Of a DNA stretch of 64,000 nucleotides, positions 44,263 through 54,217 are shown one piece after another. The translations under genes and the position numbers were made by a program. Position 1 is the first letter of the stretch. Every line of letters starts with the position of its first letter. The notes beneath the pieces are model-generated. The model made no database searches. It was not told the origin of the DNA and worked only from the letters and a program-made list of their open reading frames with translations. Origin of the DNA: Candidatus Nealsonbacteria bacterium (GTDB lineage: Bacteria > Patescibacteriota > Minisyncoccia > Minisyncoccales > JANBVM01); contig CP179889.1 in NCBI GenBank assembly GCA_047456315.1, positions 448,776 to 512,775 of the forward strand. Reading direction: 5' to 3'.

Positions 44263-46290
44263 ATGAAGGTTTTTGAGTTTCACTTTAATCCTAAATTAAA
44301 AGAGGATTTAGTTCTTGATAGTTTTTGCTATGAACCGGAAAGCTCTTATGAGAAAAAACTGGGAAGCTTATATATAGTGGGGCTTTTAAAAAACACGCTG
44401 CCAAAAAACAAACGCTTATTAAAAAGATTAGCAGAAGTTATAAAAGAAAAATATTACAGCTCAAGAACTGGCAGCGCTGAAAGGGCTTTAAAATCAAGCT
44501 TAAAAGAAGCTAATAAGTTTTTGAATAATATATCCAAGTCAGGAGATGTGAGCTGGTTGGGAAATCTGGATTTTTTCATTCTCTCAATCAAGGATTCAAA
44601 GCTTAATTTTGCCAAGGTTGGAGATATTAAACCTATTTTGATAAGAGCAAAACAGATTACAAATATTGATGAAAAAGTTCAAATTGAAGATATAGAGCCA
44701 TATCCTTTAAAGGTGTTCTCAAATATTGTTTCTGGCAAGTTAGCTGAAAAAGACCTTGTTATTGTTTTAACTCAAGATGTCTTTGAATTATTCAAACAAG
44801 AGAAAACATTAATCAAAATAGCTAAATTAGAATATTTTAACGACAAGCAATTCAAAGATATTTTAAATGGTCAAAAGAATAACTTAAATGAAATCAGTGG
44901 TATTTTCTTATTGATACAATTTATAAAAGAAAATTTCACCGGGAAAAAACAAACAATATCCCAAAAGGACTTAGAAAAGTTTTCTTTTAAAAAGATATTT
45001 GCTCCTGTTTTAAAGATTTTTCAAAAACTACCCAAAAGACCATTTAATATTAAAATTAAAATCAAAACTAAAAAAATAAAAAAAGGGTTGAAAGGTATAA
45101 AAATTCCTAGAATCAAATTCAGAGCGCCAGAGTTCAATATTAAGATTTTTAAAAAAGCTTTTTCTTTATTAAAACTAAAAAAAACAAAAAGGAAAAAGAG
45201 TTTATTAAACCAGAACTTAGTTTTAATATTGGGATTAATAATTCTTTTAATTTTTGGTTTTGCTTATTCAAAGTTTGAGCAAAATAGAAAAATGAAAATC
45301 TATAGTGAACAATTAGAAGAAATTCAAAGAAAATTACAGCTCTCAGAAAGCTTTCTCATTTTAAAAGATATAAGTCCAGAAGCCTTTCAGAAAGCAAACC
45401 TTCTTTTAGAAGAAAGTTGGAATAAAATACTGCCCATAACAAAAGATTTGTCTCTGCTGCCAAAAGATTTTACAAATCAAATTCTTGAATTAAAAAATGA
45501 AATCTCAGATAAGCTTTTAAAGCTGAATAAATTAGAGCAGATTGAAAACCCTGAATTTGTGTTTGAATTTAATAGATTTGATTTTGTACCCCACAGCCTT
45601 TTCTCAAACAATAGCAATATTTATTTTTTCAACCCTTATTCAAAAAACATATATGATTTTAATGAAAAAAGAATTATTGAAATTAACGAGATTATTAGCT
45701 CAGCTACCAAGCTTAATGATTCAATCTTATTTTTCTCAAAACCAGACAAGTTAATAATTTTAAAAAACAACGAGATTTTAAGATCAGAAATTCAAATCCC
45801 CTATCCAGATTTTGAATTCAATAATTTAGTTTCTTTTTACAATAACCTGTATTTTTTAGATAAAAAAACAGGTAAAATAATTAAGTATGAATTTCTAAAC
45901 AACCTTAATTGGAATAGACCTATTTCTTGGTTAAATCAAAAAGAAGATAAAACCATTGAATCTGATTCAATGGCAATTGATTCTTCTATCTGGATTTTAA
46001 AAGATAACTCTATATATAAATATTACAAAGGCAAGCTTCAAAAGGAGATTGAAATTAGTATTTTTCCAGAACCAAAAGATTTCACTAAAATTTACACCTC
46101 ATCTAATCTCCCTTATTTATATCTTTTAGAGCCTGTTCAAAAAAGAATTGTTGTTCTTAATAAAAACGGCCAAATAATAAAACAATTTCAGAGTGAAAAA
46201 TTTAATAACTTGCTTGATTTTACGATTTCTGAAAATAAAAACATTTTATATATTTTAAACGGATTATTAGTGTACAAAATAGAATTATAA
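44263..46290 (+). CDS. Large hypothetical membrane protein
   Basis: 675 aa: N-terminal globular domain, basic linker (KIKIKTKKIKKG..), one TM helix (LVLILGLIILLIFGFAY), and a C-terminal domain with beta-rich repeats. Confidence 0.6.
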   Translation: MKVFEFHFNPKLKEDLVLDSFCYEPESSYEKKLGSLYIVGLLKNTLPKNKRLLKRLAEVIKEKYYSSRTGSAERALKSSLKEANKFLNNISKSGDVSWLGNLDFFILSIKDSKLNFAKVGDIKPILIRAKQITNIDEKVQIEDIEPYPLKVFSNIVSGKLAEKDLVIVLTQDVFELFKQEKTLIKIAKLEYFNDKQFKDILNGQKNNLNEISGIFLLIQFIKENFTGKKQTISQKDLEKFSFKKIFAPVLKIFQKLPKRPFNIKIKIKTKKIKKGLKGIKIPRIKFRAPEFNIKIFKKAFSLLKLKKTKRKKSLLNQNLVLILGLIILLIFGFAYSKFEQNRKMKIYSEQLEEIQRKLQLSESFLILKDISPEAFQKANLLLEESWNKILPITKDLSLLPKDFTNQILELKNEISDKLLKLNKLEQIENPEFVFEFNRFDFVPHSLFSNNSNIYFFNPYSKNIYDFNEKRIIEINEIISSATKLNDSILFFSKPDKLIILKNNEILRSEIQIPYPDFEFNNLVSFYNNLYFLDKKTGKIIKYEFLNNLNWNRPISWLNQKEDKTIESDSMAIDSSIWILKDNSIYKYYKGKLQKEIEISIFPEPKDFTKIYTSSNLPYLYLLEPVQKRIVVLNKNGQIIKQFQSEKFNNLLDFTISENKNILYILNGLLVYKIEL

Positions 46291-46337
46291 TTAATTGTTT
46301 CTATATAGATAAAAAAAGAAGGAGTCATTTTCTCCTC

Positions 46338-47012
46338 TTATGCTTTGTCCTTTATGTGAGCATTTCTCATCATTTCTTCTGTAACCCCTATGATTTTCAT
46401 CAATCTTGCTATTACTGCATTTAAAAATGTTGCAGTAATAATTTCAAAGAAAGTCCCTAGTGGAAATGCTTCAGATTGTTTTATTAATTGAGTTGTAAGA
46501 TAACTTTGAGTCTGTTGTTTACGTTTTTCTATAACTGCATTCTTTTCCGGTAAACATATAACTATGTCAGCGTATTCTTTTGCTAAAATTGATGTTGCGT
46601 CATAGGTAATTAAAATAACTTTAACATTAGGTATTTTTTCTTTTTTTAAAGTCTCGCAACGAGCTACATTTGTATCAGTGGTTCCAGATCCAGAAACCAC
46701 TAGTATTAAATCTCCTTCAGAGATTGCAGGAGTAGTAAACCCAACTTGCCCACTAGCATAAGCAGTAATGTCTATGTGGACTAATCGCATAAGAAAGGGC
46801 CAAAGAGCCTGAAGAGCTGAACGACCCTCAGCAATACCCACCACTTTTTTTCCAGCTTTACGCACATCTAGAATGGCGGCTATTAATTTATACACCTCTT
46901 GTTGCGACTCCTTAATAATTTCTATGCCAACCTTAGCCATATCAATCAATTCTGACATTGATGCTACAATTTGCAAAATTTCCTCTTGGTTTTGCTCTTT
47001 CATAAATTCCAT
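46338..47012 (-). CDS. SIS-domain sugar-phosphate isomerase-like protein
   Basis: 224 aa. VVGIAEGRSAL and DLILVVSGSGTTDTNV are SIS-domain motifs. Confidence 0.65.
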   Translation of the reverse strand: MEFMKEQNQEEILQIVASMSELIDMAKVGIEIIKESQQEVYKLIAAILDVRKAGKKVVGIAEGRSALQALWPFLMRLVHIDITAYASGQVGFTTPAISEGDLILVVSGSGTTDTNVARCETLKKEKIPNVKVILITYDATSILAKEYADIVICLPEKNAVIEKRKQQTQSYLTTQLIKQSEAFPLGTFFEIITATFLNAVIARLMKIIGVTEEMMRNAHIKDKA

Positions 47013-47136
47013 AATCCTTCACTTCGTAATGATGTAAGAAGCTACTTTCTTCTTAACAGATATTTTAAAAGTAATCAAATGATTCTTCTTTGATAAATCT
47101 CACCACTATGATATAACAACAAAAAGAGAAGAAACT

Positions 47137-48318
47137 ATGTATGTCGTACCATTAAATCGGAAAATCTCTAAAATCGAAATCAATGAAAAAGAAATGGCAA
47201 GATTAATGCCAGAAAACATTGCAAAGGTTTTTGGGATTTTAGCTCAAACAAAAAATATACTTATTAAAGGAGGGCTTGCTAGAGCAGTATTAAGTCAAAT
47301 TCTTAAAAATGAAGAAAAGATTGAAAAAAACCGGGCCCTAGATAATGCCTGGGAAAAACCTTCTGATATTGATCTAATTCTTTCTTTTATTGGAACAAAA
47401 AGAAAAAACCTGCCACTTTTAAACAGAAAGATTATAGGATTAATAGAAAAACTGAAAAAAACAGGATTTGAATTAAACAACCGTGACATAGAGCTAATAA
47501 AAGGCAGTTTTAAAAACGAAAAAATAATCAGAAAGATTTTAGAAACCAGAGACATAACTATTAATGAAGTGGCGCTAGTGCCAGAAGAAAGGAGCTGGCT
47601 TCTTTATTATACCGATAAAGCACATAGAGACCTTATAAATTCAGTTGCAATGCTCACAATCAACAATCCCTCTACAATACGCTATGACTATGGCAGACTC
47701 GTAGCAAGTCCTTATGGAATAATCAGATTAACCAGGTTTTTAATTGAAGACAAGGTCAAGAATATTTATCTGCCAAACTGGTGGATAGAAAGAAACAATC
47801 AAGAAGCTAAAAAAACAGGCAGGCCTAAGCTTGGAAGCTATGGTCTTCTTTTAGCCGAAAGATATGTTAATGCTTCAAAGCTCCAATCAAAACTCATAAA
47901 AATCCTTAATCTCTTCAAACTCACTGATTCAAAAGACTTCAACCAGTATAAAAAAGAACAGAAGCAATCGTTTAAAAAGTACAGTGGTCAAGAGTTTCAA
48001 TTAAGACCAGAAACTTCTTTTGAAGAGCTCCAGAAAGCATTGACTAAAAAAAGTGAAAGGCATACAGACAGAAGAAGAGAAAGAAAGGAGCTAAGAACAG
48101 TATGTTCTCATTTTATAGAATCCTTTATTTGTACTCGCTGCCACAAAGAATGCAAAATCAAGTATTGCATAAAATGCAATAAAATTGAGATAATTCCTAA
48201 AAAAGAAAAGAAAGCAGCCCACCTTTATTATCTGTTCTGCAATGAAACATTTATAAAGGCGGACCGCTACTGGGACAAACAGGGTTTTTACCCTCAGTTC
48301 CCAGATAAGGCCGAATAA
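47137..48318 (+). CDS. Nucleotidyltransferase-fold protein, distantly class II CCA-adding/poly(A) polymerase-like, with a C-terminal Cys-rich module
   Basis: 393 aa. IKGGLARAVL, PSDIDLIL (DxD) and RDITINEVAL (RDxTxN) in the expected order but with longer spacers. C-terminus CSHFIESFICTRCHKECKIKYCIKCNK. Confidence 0.4.
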   Translation: MYVVPLNRKISKIEINEKEMARLMPENIAKVFGILAQTKNILIKGGLARAVLSQILKNEEKIEKNRALDNAWEKPSDIDLILSFIGTKRKNLPLLNRKIIGLIEKLKKTGFELNNRDIELIKGSFKNEKIIRKILETRDITINEVALVPEERSWLLYYTDKAHRDLINSVAMLTINNPSTIRYDYGRLVASPYGIIRLTRFLIEDKVKNIYLPNWWIERNNQEAKKTGRPKLGSYGLLLAERYVNASKLQSKLIKILNLFKLTDSKDFNQYKKEQKQSFKKYSGQEFQLRPETSFEELQKALTKKSERHTDRRRERKELRTVCSHFIESFICTRCHKECKIKYCIKCNKIEIIPKKEKKAAHLYYLFCNETFIKADRYWDKQGFYPQFPDKAE

Positions 48319-48322
48319 AGCT

Positions 48323-48763
48323 TTATTTTAATTCTACCTTAGCACCAGCTGCTGCAAATTTCTTTTTAATCTCTTCTGCTTCTTCTTTTTTAACGTTTTC
48401 TTTAACAACCTGTTCCCCTGAAGCTGCAGCATCAACTATGTCTTTGGAGTCCTTAAGCCCTTTCTGAGTAACATCCCTCACTACTTTAATAACATCAATC
48501 TTTTTCTCACCCACACCAGTTAAAACAATATTAAATACTGATTTTTCTTCAACAGGTGAAGCATCTTGAGCTCCAGCAACTGGAGCAGCAGCTATCATTT
48601 GAGGAACAGCTGAAACGCCGAACTTCTTCTCAAGAATCTTTACCAAGTCAGCTAATTCTAAAACACTCATTTTTTCAATCTCCCCCACTAAGCTCTTGAA
48701 TTTAGCAGGAACCTTAACTTTCTCTTCCTCTTTCTTTTCTTCTTGTTTTTTTTCTTCAGTCAT
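48323..48763 (-). CDS. rplL: 50S ribosomal protein L7/L12 (N-terminally extended)
   Basis: 146 aa. MSVLELADLVKILEKKFGV and C-terminal KVVRDVTQKGLKDSKDIVD...AEEIKKKFAAAGAKVELK. Confidence 0.92.
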   Translation of the reverse strand: MTEEKKQEEKKEEEKVKVPAKFKSLVGEIEKMSVLELADLVKILEKKFGVSAVPQMIAAAPVAGAQDASPVEEKSVFNIVLTGVGEKKIDVIKVVRDVTQKGLKDSKDIVDAAASGEQVVKENVKKEEAEEIKKKFAAAGAKVELK

Positions 48764-48768
48764 ATTAA

Positions 48769-49281
48769 TTATTTTTTAATTGCGCTTAATACATAAACTA
48801 GACCTTTTAAGTTGCCTTCTAAAACTCTAACAAAATTTGATACTGGAGCTAATATGCTTCCAGTTAATCTTGCTAAAAGCTCTTGTCTTGAAGGAATCTC
48901 AGCTAAAGATATAAAATCCTGAGCTGACTTGAATTGATTTTCAAAAAATCCGCCTAAAATCTTTAAATTAGGATTCTTTTTACTGAACTGATAAACAAGC
49001 TTAGCAGCAGAAAGCTCGTCTTTATAACCAAAAACCATACCAATTTCACCCTTTAGTTTATCAATCTCTGACTTCAGTCCTGAATCCTTTAGAGCCAAGG
49101 TAATTAATGTCTTTTTTGCAACCTTTAACTGATTACCTGTTTTTTTAAGACTCTTTCTTAACTCAAACATATCCTCTACTTTTAAACCAGTAAAATCAAT
49201 AAAAATTATTGTTTTCTGTTTTTTAATTTTTTCTATTAAACTTTCTAGTATTTTTTTCTTTTCTTCTTTTGTTTTTGCCAT
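48769..49281 (-). CDS. rplJ: 50S ribosomal protein L10
   Basis: 170 aa. Position upstream of rplL plus L10 patterns (FIDFTGLKVEDMFELRKSLKK). Confidence 0.9.
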   Translation of the reverse strand: MAKTKEEKKKILESLIEKIKKQKTIIFIDFTGLKVEDMFELRKSLKKTGNQLKVAKKTLITLALKDSGLKSEIDKLKGEIGMVFGYKDELSAAKLVYQFSKKNPNLKILGGFFENQFKSAQDFISLAEIPSRQELLARLTGSILAPVSNFVRVLEGNLKGLVYVLSAIKK

Positions 49282-49317
49282 TTTCTTACTTTATTAAAAT
49301 AAAAAATCCGTGTTTAA

Positions 49318-49387
49318 CCACAGACTAAAAAGTATGCAAAATTTGCCTTATCCTTGGCAGGTCTTACAGATCGCCTGCTGTCTGTGG
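49318..49387 (-). ncRNA. Structured 5' leader of rplJ (candidate L10 leader)
   Basis: CCACAGAC...GTCTGTGG closes a ~70-nt hairpin with an inner GCAGG/CCTGC helix, 37-106 nt upstream of the rplJ start. Confidence 0.5.
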
Positions 49388-49427
49388 ATGATTATAGTAT
49401 ATATTCTTTTAAAAAACCTGTCAATCT

Positions 49428-50453
49428 TTATTTTAAATATATGGCTTTAGCAATATTATGCTCCTCTAGGGTTCTGCTGAATATGGTTTTACCATCTAGA
49501 GCAGAAAGATAATACCAGTAATCACTGGCCTCAGGATAAATTGCCGCTAAAATACTTTCAATTCCTGGATTAGATATAGGGCCCAGTGGCAGCCCCCTGT
49601 ATTTATAGGTGTTGTATAAAGAATCAATCTCAGTTTCTTCTTTTGATATTTTGACTGTTTTTTTACCAGTAATATATACTATTGTAGCGTCAACATGCAA
49701 GCCAATGCTATTTTCCAATCTTTTCCATAAAATACCAGAAACTATTTTTTTATCCTCTAAAGTTTTAACTTCTTTTTCAATCAAAGATGCCATTGTTATA
49801 ATTTCAAACATTGACTTGTCTTGTTCTTGAATCTCTCTTCTTAAATCTTCTGTTAATTTCTTGTTAAAATTATCAAGCATTCTTCTAATAATCTCTTCTA
49901 GCTCTATACCTGGAACTGTTTCATAAGTATCTGGAAAAAGATAACCCTCTAAGCTAATATTCTTAGGTTTATCTTTTAAAAATTCATAATCAACACTAAA
50001 ATTTTTTGGTTTTGGCAAGTCAGTAGTTACTGAATAATTACCAACTAATTCAAACAATTCTTCTGCCTGAAACATGCCCTGGTTTTCAAAATACCAGGCA
50101 ATATCTCTTAAGTTCCAGCCCTCAGGGATTGTTATTGTGATTTTTGCAGTATCTCCTTTAATTATCTTATCTGCTACCTTAACAATATTCATTGAATTGT
50201 TGAAAAAATATTCTCCTGCTTGGAGCTTGGTCTGGCTCATTTTCAATAGAACATAAAAATCAAAAAATAATCTGCTCTTTATAATGCCCTCATCTTCTAG
50301 CTTATTTGCTATCTGAAAAAGATTCTCTCCTTTTTCAACTAAAAATAATTTATCCTGTTTGTCAGATAAATCTTTGGGCATAAATAATGCCTGAAAAATA
50401 ACAAATAAAAAAACAATTATTACTAATGTTATTGTTCTTTTTTTAGTAATCAT
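49428..50453 (-). CDS. mltG: Endolytic murein transglycosylase MltG (YceG-like)
   Basis: 341 aa. N-terminal TM helix, ASLIEKE, YNTYKYRGLPLGPISNPG. Confidence 0.88.
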   Translation of the reverse strand: MITKKRTITLVIIVFLFVIFQALFMPKDLSDKQDKLFLVEKGENLFQIANKLEDEGIIKSRLFFDFYVLLKMSQTKLQAGEYFFNNSMNIVKVADKIIKGDTAKITITIPEGWNLRDIAWYFENQGMFQAEELFELVGNYSVTTDLPKPKNFSVDYEFLKDKPKNISLEGYLFPDTYETVPGIELEEIIRRMLDNFNKKLTEDLRREIQEQDKSMFEIITMASLIEKEVKTLEDKKIVSGILWKRLENSIGLHVDATIVYITGKKTVKISKEETEIDSLYNTYKYRGLPLGPISNPGIESILAAIYPEASDYWYYLSALDGKTIFSRTLEEHNIAKAIYLK

Positions 50454-51069
50454 TATTGTCAGTTATTAAAGGCACAAAAGCAAAGCCTGGATATTCATTT
50501 TCCTCAAATTCATTTTCAGATAATTTCTCGAAAACCCAGATTGAATTCTTAATCGGAGTAACAATTCTCCCTTTCACTTTAAGTTGTTTTTTCCAGGCCA
50601 AAGGAATCTTTTGAGCTGAAGCTGAAGCTAAAATTCTATCAAAAGGCGCTTCCTTCTTATAACCTTTTGAGCCATCAGTACAGATAAATTCTGCAATTCC
50701 TTTTTTAACAAAACTATATTTAGAGGCATTCTTCTCGCCAAAATCCCTTAATTCCTTCACAAGCTCAATGGCAATAATCTTACCCTTCTCACCCACTATT
50801 TCAGAAAGCAATGCTGTTGTCCAGCCAGAACCAGAACCAACATCTAATATCTTATTATTCTTTTCGGGCTGAAGATGCTCTAACATAAAAGCAACAACCA
50901 GTGGCTGGGATATTGTCTGGCCATATCCTATGGGTAAAGCTCCATTTAATTCAGCCAGATTTTTTGAATCTTCAGGCAAGAAATCAATTCTTTTAATTTT
51001 TTTAAAAGCCTTAATGATTTCCGGAGTTTTAAGCCATCCCTGTTTAATTAAGTTAGTAATTAAAGCCAT
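50443..51069 (-). CDS. pcm: Protein-L-isoaspartate O-methyltransferase
   Basis: 208 aa. GYGQTISQPLVVAFMLE, ILDVGSGSGWTTALL. Confidence 0.88.
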   Translation of the reverse strand: MALITNLIKQGWLKTPEIIKAFKKIKRIDFLPEDSKNLAELNGALPIGYGQTISQPLVVAFMLEHLQPEKNNKILDVGSGSGWTTALLSEIVGEKGKIIAIELVKELRDFGEKNASKYSFVKKGIAEFICTDGSKGYKKEAPFDRILASASAQKIPLAWKKQLKVKGRIVTPIKNSIWVFEKLSENEFEENEYPGFAFVPLITDNNDY

Positions 51070-51090
51070 GTAATTATATGGATTATTTTA

Positions 51091-51125
51091 TCAAAAAACT
51101 ACCCACCTCGTCGAGGTGAGTAGTA
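51091..51125 (-). terminator. Intrinsic terminator
   Basis: 12-bp stem CTACTCACCTCG/CGAGGTGGGTAG (one mismatch) followed by T6 on the minus strand. Confidence 0.6.
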
Positions 51126-51143
51126 TTTTTTACACAATATTCC

Positions 51144-51881
51144 TTATCTTCGGAACCAGCTAAATAACCGTTCAAATATTCCTTTAATCTGTTTTTCAGC
51201 TTGCGCTAATCCTTTTAATCTATTTTGCTCTGACTCTATATTATCTATTTGTTCTTGTAAAAGGGTTTCTACTTCTGCTTCACAATCACAAGATTCTTTC
51301 AATAATTTGAGTTCTTGGATTCTTTCTAAATTTTGCTCTACTTCCTGCTCTATAAATTCTGCAGACTCTTTATCTCCTCCTATAAAGAATTTTATGATGC
51401 TATTTTTAGTTTGGATTTTTTCTTCTTTTTCTATTGTTGCCTGAACAGAGTTGTCAAACTCTCTGGCAATTTGGGATAGCTTCGGACCAATTCCACCCAC
51501 TAAATCTTCCATGGCAAGCAAAGAATGGACTGCTAATTTTACCTGATTTTGGTTTTGATAAACTTCTTGCTGCTGCTTTTTTAACTGCTGTATTTCCTGA
51601 TTCATCTCCTGCTGTTTTTCCTGTATCATATTTTTTAATTCAAGCGCAGTACCAGCTTTTAATTGTTCTTTTTGTTGAACCATTATATTCTCCTCCTCTT
51701 CCTGATCCTGTGTTTCTTGTTCTGTTTGTATTTGCTGGCCTTGGTCAGTATCTTGACCCTCTTGTCCTGATTCAGAATTTCCATTACCCGCTTCTTGTTC
51801 GTGAGAGGACTGAGCACCAACAATTAGAGCCACTGAAGTAATGAGAATAAAAACTAATAAAAAAGTAATTATTTTCTTCAT
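51144..51881 (-). CDS. Secreted Gln/Glu-rich coiled-coil protein
   Basis: 245 aa. Signal peptide MKKIITFLLVFILITSVALIVGAQS, low-complexity Q/E-rich helical sequence. Confidence 0.6.
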   Translation of the reverse strand: MKKIITFLLVFILITSVALIVGAQSSHEQEAGNGNSESGQEGQDTDQGQQIQTEQETQDQEEEENIMVQQKEQLKAGTALELKNMIQEKQQEMNQEIQQLKKQQQEVYQNQNQVKLAVHSLLAMEDLVGGIGPKLSQIAREFDNSVQATIEKEEKIQTKNSIIKFFIGGDKESAEFIEQEVEQNLERIQELKLLKESCDCEAEVETLLQEQIDNIESEQNRLKGLAQAEKQIKGIFERLFSWFRR

Positions 51882-52003
51882 ATCTTTGTAATTGAATTAT
51901 TTATTGATTAAAACCTTTTACTCATAATATTATAACAAGCCCATACTTGCAAATCTGATTATAGTTCATTAGAGTTCTTGAAAAATTAGCTTTAGTTTTC
52001 AGA

Positions 52004-52438
52004 ATGAAATTAAAATTGCTTGCTTGTAAATATTTAAAAATGTTAAAAAAAAGAAGTATGAAAAAAAAGATATTCAAAACAAAAAATAGCGAGGTCTGGG
52101 TTGAAAATAAAATAATAATAATAAAGGTATGGGGAAAACTAGGTAAAGAAGATGTAAAACGAATAGATGAAGCAGGAGATGAGATAAGGAAAAATTTAAA
52201 TGAGTTTGGAATAATTGTAGATATTTCAAGAATGACAAAATCGGATTCATCGGTAAGAACGCTCATGGCTGAAGAATCATATCTCGTGAAAAAGATTAAA
52301 GGGAAGGTTGCATTAGTTTATAATAATCCTGTGGCAAGAGTAATTGGTTCATTTTTTTTGAAAATAAACAAGCCAGCCCTTAAAATAAAACTATTTCCTA
52401 CTATTGAAAAAGCTAAGGAGTGGATAGAGGAAAAATAA
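52004..52438 (+). CDS. STAS/SpoIIAA-like small protein (tentative)
   Basis: 144 aa (start uncertain; MKKKIF at an internal Met is possible). The alternating beta/alpha pattern IIIIKVWGKL..IIVDISRMTK..KVALVYNNPV resembles STAS-like folds. Confidence 0.45.
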   Translation: MKLKLLACKYLKMLKKRSMKKKIFKTKNSEVWVENKIIIIKVWGKLGKEDVKRIDEAGDEIRKNLNEFGIIVDISRMTKSDSSVRTLMAEESYLVKKIKGKVALVYNNPVARVIGSFFLKINKPALKIKLFPTIEKAKEWIEEK

Positions 52439-52440
52439 AG

Positions 52441-52740
52441 TTAATTAGAATAAAGTGAAGATTTCTTAATAATTATTTTATAAATATTCTCAATAAAATC
52501 ACCTCCAGCATAACCAATAATAAAGCTTAAAGCTGGAGTAAACATACCCTCCAAAGTAAAACCAATATTTTTAACTGCATAAGTTGATAAAAATCCAATT
52601 ATTCCGGAAATTATTACTGTGCCTAAAAAGTACTCTACTTTAAAGGGCACGTTTTTATATGAAAACTGGTGTTTTACAAATCCCATTAGTCCCCTAACTG
52701 CTCCACCTATAAACCCTGCACCTAAAATTAAATAAGTCAT
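52441..52740 (-). CDS. Small membrane protein
   Basis: 99 aa with 3 TM helices and Gly-rich helices. Confidence 0.55.
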   Translation of the reverse strand: MTYLILGAGFIGGAVRGLMGFVKHQFSYKNVPFKVEYFLGTVIISGIIGFLSTYAVKNIGFTLEGMFTPALSFIIGYAGGDFIENIYKIIIKKSSLYSN

Positions 52741-52884
52741 AGTTTTAAAATTAAATTAATCTCTTTTTATTTTATACCAAATACAAGATACAGTATACAG
52801 CATACCAAATACGAACTACTCAAAAAAACTTTAATCTGACTTTTATATTGATATTAAATGGAATATATTCATAGGAACCTTCCG

Positions 52885-52968
52885 TTAAGAGTACTGGTGT
52901 TTTGTAAAACCCATCAATCCCCTCACTGCTCCTCCTAAGAAACCTGATGATAAAATTAAATAGCTCAT
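52885..52968 (-). pseudogene. Truncated duplicate of the 5' end of gene 52441..52740
   Basis: MSYLILSSGFLGGAVRGLMGFTKHQYS* versus MTYLILGAGFIGGAVRGLMGFVKHQFS... DNA similarity is visible over ~85 nt. Confidence 0.55.
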
Positions 52969-52990
52969 ATATTATTATAAGATTAATTAA

Positions 52991-54217
52991 TTATTCTAAC
53001 CTTCTTAATGCTTCCACTGGTTTTAATTTTGCAGCCTGTCTGGCTGGAAAAAATCCTGCCAAACAACCAACTAAAAAAGAAAAGACTAAGCCAAAAACAA
53101 TCAAACCAGTGCTTATAGATGCTTTAAAATAGAATATAGGATGAACCTGTCCATACATTTCAATCATTCTGGCAAAACCAATACCTAATAATGTTCCCCC
53201 CACTCCCCCGCCAAAACCAATAATTGCAGCTTCGAATAGGAAGATAGATAACACAGCTGCATTCTTAGCGCCAACAGCTTTCATAATTCCTATCTCTCTA
53301 GTTCTTTCTCTTACTGAAGTAAACATTGTATTTGTTATCCCAATACCCCCAACAATAATAGCAATACCGGCAAAAGCTATTATGGCTAATTGAATAACAG
53401 ATAATATATTACCTGCAATATCACCAATAGCATCAGAAGTAATAACACTGAAATCTGCCTCATCAGTGCCAACCCTTCTTTTTCTTGTTTTTTGAAGACT
53501 CTCTTTAATATTCTCAGCTGTTTCATCTAAAGAAACGCCTTCTTCAATCTTTACCATAGCCATCTGAGCGCTTCCTCTTTTTTCTCCAGTTAAACCCTGA
53601 TAAATAGGCATGTCTATATAAACCGCACTGTCATCAGTCCTGCTTCCCAAAGAATTTAATATTCCTACTATTTCAAAAGTCCTGCCTTTAATTACTGCCT
53701 CTGAATCAATTTCAACCTCTTTTTCAAATATTTCATAAGCTACTTGCTGTCCAATTATAATTTCTCGTTTGCCAATAACTGGCCATCTTCCTTCAGCCAG
53801 ACTCCAGCCCTGATAATTCTTTAAAAGTTCTAAACCTTGCTCCCAGGGAATGCCTGTTAAAAGAACCTGCTTGCCTTGCTCTTGATATCTCATAACACTG
53901 CTTGTATAAGACATTGTAAGAACTTCTTCTACTCCTTCTGTTTTTTTAATAGCATCAATATCCTCTTTTTCCAACTTCTCACCTCCCATCATAGCTATCA
54001 AAGGATTAGAAATATCACCAGGTATTACAAAAATCATTTCTCCTCCTAAGGATTTTAATTGCTGTGTAATACTGGCTTTAATACCTTCTGATAAAGACAA
54101 CAAACTAATAATTAAAAATACTCCTATCACAATACCAAAAATAGTAAGCCAGCTTCTTAAGGACCTAGTTCTAAGGTTTCTTATGGCAATATAGAAATAT
54201 TCTTTCATTTCTTCCAT
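52991..54217 (-). CDS. ABC transporter permease (MacB/FtsX type)
   Basis: 408 aa. N-terminal TM helix, large extracytoplasmic domain, C-terminal FtsX-like 3-TM bundle (RTREIGIMKAVGA). Confidence 0.85.
   Translation of the reverse strand: MEEMKEYFYIAIRNLRTRSLRSWLTIFGIVIGVFLIISLLSLSEGIKASITQQLKSLGGEMIFVIPGDISNPLIAMMGGEKLEKEDIDAIKKTEGVEEVLTMSYTSSVMRYQEQGKQVLLTGIPWEQGLELLKNYQGWSLAEGRWPVIGKREIIIGQQVAYEIFEKEVEIDSEAVIKGRTFEIVGILNSLGSRTDDSAVYIDMPIYQGLTGEKRGSAQMAMVKIEEGVSLDETAENIKESLQKTRKRRVGTDEADFSVITSDAIGDIAGNILSVIQLAIIAFAGIAIIVGGIGITNTMFTSVRERTREIGIMKAVGAKNAAVLSIFLFEAAIIGFGGGVGGTLLGIGFARMIEMYGQVHPIFYFKASISTGLIVFGLVFSFLVGCLAGFFPARQAAKLKPVEALRRLE

Noticed and set aside
44101-44283. Listed 60-aa minus-strand ORF
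   Set aside because: It is built around tRNA-Val (44132..44203) and is not coding.
51434-52266. Listed ORFs 51434..51841 (+) and 51922..52266 (-)
   Set aside because: The first is antisense to the Q/E-rich secreted protein gene. The second overlaps the more plausible plus-strand gene 52004..52438 and translates to low-complexity Phe/Ile/Ser sequence.
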